A stretch of DNA of 64,000 bases, taken from Glaucostegus cemiculus. Its lineage: Eukaryota. Each line of letters begins with the position of its first letter. Position 1 is the stretch's first letter. Below are positions 63,401 through 64,000 of the stretch, one piece after another. The stretch covers positions 2,356,001-2,420,000 of the forward strand of contig CDPCPM010000030.1 of the NCBI GenBank assembly GCA_976551045.1, written 5' to 3'. The notes beneath the pieces are model-generated. The model saw nothing but the letters and a program-made list of their open reading frames with translations. It ran no database searches and had not been told where the DNA came from. The translations under genes were made by a program, and so were the position numbers.

Positions 63401-64000
63401 CTGTTTTGCGGCTTCCAATATCCATGTCCCTCTCCGTTTGTTTCAGTGCCAGAGACTTCCAAAGGGGAACAATCCGGAGGATCATCCAGTGGGGCATCAA
63501 CACAGGAGTCGTATTCAGGCCCAGCAGGGGACACCTCTACAGGTACCAAGACGTATGTCAATGTGGTCAATCAGAAAAGCTCAGGACTCGAAGCTCTTGC
63601 GAACCATTCAATTGTGAGATGAGCATTTCAGCCGGACATGATTGGTGGTGTGTGTTCAATCCCCTACTGGCAATTTCAGTCGTGACTGAGACCTGTAAAA
63701 AAAGAGAAAGGTTAACTTACACGGAGTGGGCAGCTTTGGTCGGCGGCTGGTGTAATTCAAGATATGGGGTTTTGTCAGTTCATCGATCAGAGGGAATGAA
63801 AACTTGTCTTTGCCCACGCGACATGGAAAGTGGCACGTGACTGTGTTTGGTTTGACCTCCGTCAGGGTTTACAAGGGTCGGATGCACTCCCATGCCTCTG
63901 TTCCATTATTACAGTTCTGAAGACTTCCCCGATGGAACAGCCGACTGGATTATCAAATGGAGAGCACACGCAGGAACCGTCCTCTGTCCCCTTGAGTGAG
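345..64000 (+). CDS. Interior of a putative multi-exon Ser/Thr/Pro/Gly-rich (mucin/proteoglycan-like) gene built from about 40 intact phase 1-1 mini-exons; 5' and 3' ends outside window
   Basis: Recurrent (Y)n-ttattccag acceptors and CAG|gtac donors bracket 81-96 nt segments that stay open in one phase-1 frame and encode S/T/P/G/E-rich peptides. No start codon, signal peptide or globular domain seen. Confidence 0.6.
498..900. repeat. Degenerate G/A-rich minisatellite-like tract (gtgggagtgaccgagggga-type unit)
   Basis: Repeated 'gaccgagggg'/'gtgtgggag' words. Confidence 0.6.
1125..1205 (+). CDS. Divergent upstream exon, 81 nt, phase 1-1 (DSASIETQEQMDPVHEYVKNLSTALST)
   Basis: ccctgctttgtcacag|ACTCGG...CAACAG|gtataa; open; acceptor context 'ccaccatgtgtcc' shared with exon 345. 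Confidence 0.55.
1635..1719 (+). pseudogene. Exon-like relic (SDTTLKAQTTTGEPCLCLPTIPAVSESS), donor lost
   Basis: Homologous to 3581-3668; ends CTCAG|gaatc with no GT. Confidence 0.35.
1961..2053 (+). CDS. Divergent A/B-family exon, 93 nt, GC donor (DTETSTREHPKRTLTVEPTQAPAVPVADTSS)
   Basis: ctgttcttgtattaaag|ACACGG...CCTCAG|gcacca; open; non-canonical donor. Confidence 0.4.
3581..3668 (+). other. Exon-like segment (SDTTQTPKGPMSGEGGLGLTTTPAESTSS) with good donor but uncertain acceptor/phase
   Basis: Ends CTCAG|gtagga; nearest AG gives 88 nt, not a multiple of 3. Confidence 0.35.
3907..4002 (+). CDS. Divergent A/B-family exon, 96 nt (DTQTSTREQPKELATGKPTQGPSSFQTGEKSS)
   Basis: ctgttccttattccag|ACACCC...CCTCAG|gtacca; open. 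Confidence 0.6.
4090..6818 (+). mobile_element. Decayed CR1-clade LINE (ORF1 esterase end, APE endonuclease, partial RT, 3' tail) with internal deletions
   Basis: Translated motifs NAWLRSWCRREGFRF, CIYFNAR..NKGDEL, ITET, MGDFNFP, KSPGPD, VYMDFNKALDRVPH, SGVPQG, ERRRMRGDL; ends 'ttctatgtt'; array intron sequence resumes at ~6820. Confidence 0.9.
4599..4850 (+). mobile_element. tRNA-derived V-SINE (HE1-like) inserted in the CR1 endonuclease region
   Basis: tRNA-like head with B-box 'ggttcgaatccc', V-domain 'tctgcgtgggtttcctccgggtgctccggtttcctcccaca', A-rich tail 'taaataaaataaaaa'. Confidence 0.85.
7045..7395 (+). mobile_element. Old CR1-like 3' fragment
   Basis: Degenerate similarity to the RT C-terminus/3' UTR of the other CR1 copies (MRDMDQING.., 'ccagagagaggtg', 'ggcctgtttccatgc'). 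Confidence 0.5.
7796..7943. other. Assembly gap (148 N)
   Basis: Run of n. Confidence 1.
9350..9445 (+). CDS. Repeat exon A, 96 nt (VPETFTREASGRLSNGESTQEPSSVPAIETSS)
   Basis: ctcttccag|...CAG|gtacca; open. Confidence 0.6.
10090..10185 (+). CDS. Repeat exon B, 96 nt (DQNTSPVEQPNGLSTGEPTQDPSSVPLSETDS)
   Basis: ttattccag|...CAG|gtacaa; open. Confidence 0.6.
11054..11149 (+). CDS. Repeat exon A, 96 nt
   Basis: AG/GT intact; open (VQDTSKKERSAGSSNGASTQEPSSVPAGDTSS). Confidence 0.6.
11793..11888 (+). CDS. Repeat exon B, 96 nt
   Basis: AG/GT intact; open (DLKSSPMEQSSGSSIGEPTHEPSFVPFTETSS). Confidence 0.6.
12833..12928 (+). CDS. Repeat exon B, 96 nt (unit lacks its A exon)
   Basis: AG/GT intact; open (DLKTFQMEQPSGSTTGEPMQEPSSVPLRETSS). 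Confidence 0.6.
14229..14324 (+). pseudogene. Exon A with normal acceptor lost (ttattccg); in-frame AG 6 nt downstream could rescue it
   Basis: 'a' of ccag deleted; body open; donor gtacca intact. Confidence 0.5.
14971..15066 (+). pseudogene. Exon B with in-frame TAA (14991-14993)
   Basis: AC CTG AAG ACT TCC CCA GTG TAA; AG and GT (gttctg) present. Confidence 0.6.
16278..16373 (+). CDS. Repeat exon A, 96 nt
   Basis: AG/GT intact; open (VPETSRREQYRRSSNGASTQEPSSLPAGNTSS). Confidence 0.6.
17758..17852 (+). pseudogene. Exon B, 95 nt, frameshift and donor lost
   Basis: 1-nt deletion at 'gaacgccg'; ends CAG|ttact. Confidence 0.6.
19160..19255 (+). CDS. Repeat exon A, 96 nt
   Basis: AG/GT intact; open (VPGTSIREASGGPSNGASTEDPISIPSGETSS). 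Confidence 0.6.
19912..20007 (+). CDS. Repeat exon B, 96 nt
   Basis: AG/GT intact; open (DLKTSPMEQRSGSSTGETTQETSSVALSETAS). Confidence 0.6.
21276..21371 (+). CDS. Repeat exon A, 96 nt
   Basis: AG/GT intact; open (VPETSKRQQSGGSSYGASRQEPSSIPDRNTSS). Confidence 0.6.
22007..22102 (+). CDS. Repeat exon B, 96 nt
   Basis: AG/GT intact; open (DLNTSPMYQQSGSSTVEPTQEPSSVTLSETAS). Confidence 0.6.
24262..24357 (+). CDS. Repeat exon A, 96 nt
   Basis: AG/GT intact; open (VTKTSTRGASGELSNGAATQEQSSVPAGDTSS). Confidence 0.6.
25021..25130 (+). pseudogene. Exon B, 110 nt, with poly-C expansion (out of frame as assembled)
   Basis: AG/GT intact; C-run at ~25079-25091. Confidence 0.5.
26413..27960 (-). mobile_element. 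5'-truncated CR1 LINE nested antisense in host CR1
   Basis: Minus-strand PGNYRPVSLT, MDFSKAFDKVP, YKTLVRPPLEYCVQFWSP, LERRRMRGELI. Confidence 0.9.
28923..29965 (-). mobile_element. 5'-truncated L1-clade LINE 3' end nested antisense in host CR1
   Basis: Minus-strand C-terminal knuckle 'FCDICK...HMFGSCPLLEKYW', 'LAKRTMLHKWK', 'FENIWSPFI'; T-rich 3' UTR; ends aataaaaagattgaaaaagaa. Confidence 0.8.
31656..31751 (+). CDS. Repeat exon A, 96 nt
   Basis: AG/GT intact; open (VPETSKMEQSGGTSNDASRQEPPTIPAGNASS). Confidence 0.6.
32405..32500 (+). pseudogene. Exon B, donor lost
   Basis: Open body; ends CAT|tcaca. Confidence 0.55.
33672..34140 (-). mobile_element. CR1 3' fragment
   Basis: Minus-strand MRGIDRVDGQRLFPRA..RGHRFKV; tail 'ctatattctatgttt'; interrupts unit motif gggagaga|tattgaac. 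Confidence 0.85.
34288..34383 (+). CDS. Repeat exon A, 96 nt
   Basis: AG/GT intact; open (VPETSKREQSRGSSNGASAQETTSIPAGNTFS). Confidence 0.6.
34982..35077 (+). pseudogene. Exon B, donor lost
   Basis: Ends CAG|ctacg. Confidence 0.55.
36386..36466 (+). CDS. Repeat exon A, 81 nt (15-nt in-frame deletion)
   Basis: AG/GT intact; open (DPETSTREASGASRQEPSSVPARDMSS). Confidence 0.6.
36837..36932 (+). CDS. Repeat exon B, 96 nt
   Basis: AG/GT intact; open (DLKTSPMEQPNGSSNGEHTQELSSVALSETAS). Confidence 0.6.
38236..38331 (+). CDS. Repeat exon A, 96 nt
   Basis: AG/GT intact; open (VPETSKQEQSGGTPNAASAQEPSSIPTGNTSS). Confidence 0.6.
38906..39001 (+). CDS. Repeat exon B, 96 nt, weakened donor
   Basis: Open; ends CAA|gtacta. 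Confidence 0.5.
40229..40324 (+). CDS. Repeat exon A, 96 nt
   Basis: AG/GT intact; open (VIETSKREQSGGSSSGASGQDPSSIPTGSTPS). Confidence 0.6.
40912..41007 (+). CDS. Repeat exon B, 96 nt
   Basis: Open; donor gttcta. Confidence 0.5.
42180..42275 (+). CDS. Repeat exon A, 96 nt
   Basis: AG/GT intact; open (VREISEREASEGSVNEASTQEPSSVPAGDTSS). Confidence 0.6.
42648..42743 (+). CDS. Repeat exon B, 96 nt
   Basis: tctag|...CAG|gtgcaa; open; competing out-of-frame AG 5 nt upstream. Confidence 0.5.
44037..44132 (+). CDS. Repeat exon A, 96 nt, very weak donor
   Basis: Open; ends CAC|gtccta. Confidence 0.4.
44785..44880 (+). CDS. Repeat exon B, 96 nt
   Basis: AG/GT intact; open (DLKTWPMEQPSGSSTGEPTKDPSSVPLSETAS). 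Confidence 0.6.
46166..46261 (+). CDS. Repeat exon A, 96 nt
   Basis: AG/GT intact; open (GPENSATEQSGRTFNGASTQEPSSDPTGDTSS). Confidence 0.6.
46700..47092 (+). mobile_element. CR1 3' fragment
   Basis: 'gatgagggggtacctgatagag', ATRGHKF..FFTQIVVSAW; tail 'ttttctatgttct'. Confidence 0.8.
47263..47358 (+). CDS. Repeat exon B, 96 nt
   Basis: Open (DLETSLVEVPSGSTNAKPTQELSSVSLSETAF); TCG|gtacca. Confidence 0.55.
48642..48737 (+). CDS. Repeat exon A, 96 nt
   Basis: AG/GT intact; open (VPETSKREQFGRTSNGISTQEPSSTAAGNQSS). Confidence 0.6.
49211..50922 (-). mobile_element. 5'-truncated CR1 LINE (RT to 3' tail)
   Basis: Minus-strand KSPGPDGLQP, GFTKGKSCLTKLL, LDFQKAFDKVPH, SKFADDTKLGG, LYRALVRPLLEYCVQFW; (ctattgt)n tail. 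Confidence 0.92.
51109..51204 (+). CDS. Repeat exon B, 96 nt
   Basis: AG/GT intact; open (DLQSSAMEQLSRSSTAEHTKDLSSVPLSETAS). Confidence 0.6.
52493..52576 (+). pseudogene. Exon A, 84 nt (12-nt deletion), donor lost
   Basis: Open; ends CAG|gaaac. Confidence 0.55.
53232..53327 (+). CDS. Repeat exon B, 96 nt
   Basis: AG/GT intact; open (DLKNSPIEQPSGASTGEPTQETSSVPLSETAS). Confidence 0.6.
54629..54724 (+). CDS. Repeat exon A, 96 nt
   Basis: AG/GT intact; open (VQGTSKMEEYGGSANGASTQESSSIPVGDSSS). Confidence 0.6.
55091..55186 (+). CDS. Repeat exon B, 96 nt
   Basis: Open; donor gtagga. Confidence 0.6.
56464..56559 (+). CDS. Repeat exon A, 96 nt
   Basis: AG/GT intact; open (VPETSKREQSRKTSNATSTQEPSSPAAGNQSS). 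Confidence 0.6.
57169..57264 (+). CDS. Repeat exon B, 96 nt
   Basis: Open; donor gtaaca. Confidence 0.6.
58584..58679 (+). CDS. Repeat exon A, 96 nt
   Basis: AG/GT intact; open (VPGTSKMDDSGGSANGASTQEPSSNPAGDTSS). Confidence 0.6.
59051..59146 (+). CDS. Repeat exon B, 96 nt
   Basis: AG/GT intact; open (ELKTSPIYQPTGSSTGEPTQEPSSLPLSNTDS). Confidence 0.6.
60411..60919 (+). pseudogene. Exon A split by a CR1 fragment
   Basis: Starts tcccagagacttccaaa, resumes at ~60856 'agaacatacaatg...aaccagtcctcat|gtacc'. Confidence 0.7.
60428..60855 (+). mobile_element. CR1 3' fragment, same subfamily as 49211-50922
   Basis: 'gagaagattgagaggggatctgattt', tail 'tattgtctattgcctattgtct'. Confidence 0.88.
61573..61668 (+). 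CDS. Repeat exon B, 96 nt
   Basis: AG/GT intact; open (DLQSSAMEGPSRSSTGEPTKIQSSVPLIETAS). Confidence 0.6.
62954..63037 (+). pseudogene. Exon A, 84 nt (12-nt deletion), both normal splice sites lost
   Basis: ttccat| acceptor; CAG|ggacc donor. Confidence 0.55.
63447..63542 (+). CDS. Repeat exon A, 96 nt
   Basis: AG/GT intact; open (VPETSKGEQSGGSSSGASTQESYSGPAGDTST). Confidence 0.6.
63915..64000 (+). CDS. Repeat exon B, truncated by window end
   Basis: ttattacag|TTCTGAAG...; open to edge. Confidence 0.55.

Larger units (their letters stand above)
7944..64000. repeat. Diverged tandem array of ~2.1-kb units (exon A, ~640-nt intron, exon B, ~1.25-kb intron), more than 20 copies
   Basis: Landmarks such as 'ctgccaatttcagaagtgcctgagacctc', 'ggatgcactcccatgcctctgttcctttattccag', 'gcagccagagcagcagaactgagac' and 'ggatatcaggaaatgtgggc' recur in the same order about every 2 kb. 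Confidence 0.95.

Noticed and set aside
194-63840. The many 60-200 aa ORFs in the six-frame track as stand-alone genes
   Set aside because: They are read-throughs of mini-exons into intron, antisense shadows, or LINE fragments; starts and stops are not conserved between units.
7944-64000. CRISPR array or V(D)J-type segment cluster with recombination signals
   Set aside because: Eukaryotic 2-kb units without unique spacers; no Ig-fold residues and no heptamer/nonamer pairs noticed at cassette edges, which have splice signals instead.
345-64000. Assigning a gene symbol (CD44, PTPRC, ACAN, a MUC gene)
   Set aside because: Only low-complexity repeats are visible; no diagnostic domain lies in the window.

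Overview
Eukaryotic, vertebrate non-prokaryotic DNA, most likely from a cartilaginous fish (a V-SINE/HE1-like element plus many CR1 LINE pieces). None of the supplied ORFs is a stand-alone gene. From about 7.9 kb to the window end the sequence is a diverged tandem array of ~2.1-kb units. Each unit carries two related 96-nt exon-like cassettes (A and B) on the + strand, each framed by a polypyrimidine-AG acceptor and a GT donor and symmetric in phase 1-1. A encodes ~VPETSKREQSGGSSNGASTQEPSSIPAGNTSS and B ~DLKTSPMEQPSGSSTGEPTQEPSSVPLSETAS. By hand I count 23 A and 23 B copies: 36 have AG/GT and an open frame, one is cut by the window edge, and nine are damaged. Four more divergent phase 1-1 exons lie upstream (345-4002). 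Together they look like the interior of a very large Ser/Thr/Pro/Gly-rich mucin- or proteoglycan-like gene built by exon-plus-intron tandem duplication. The start codon, terminal domains and gene identity lie outside the window. The array shows exon birth-and-death, higher-order duplication, chimeric units and several CR1/L1/SINE insertions. Splicing and expression are inferred, not demonstrated.
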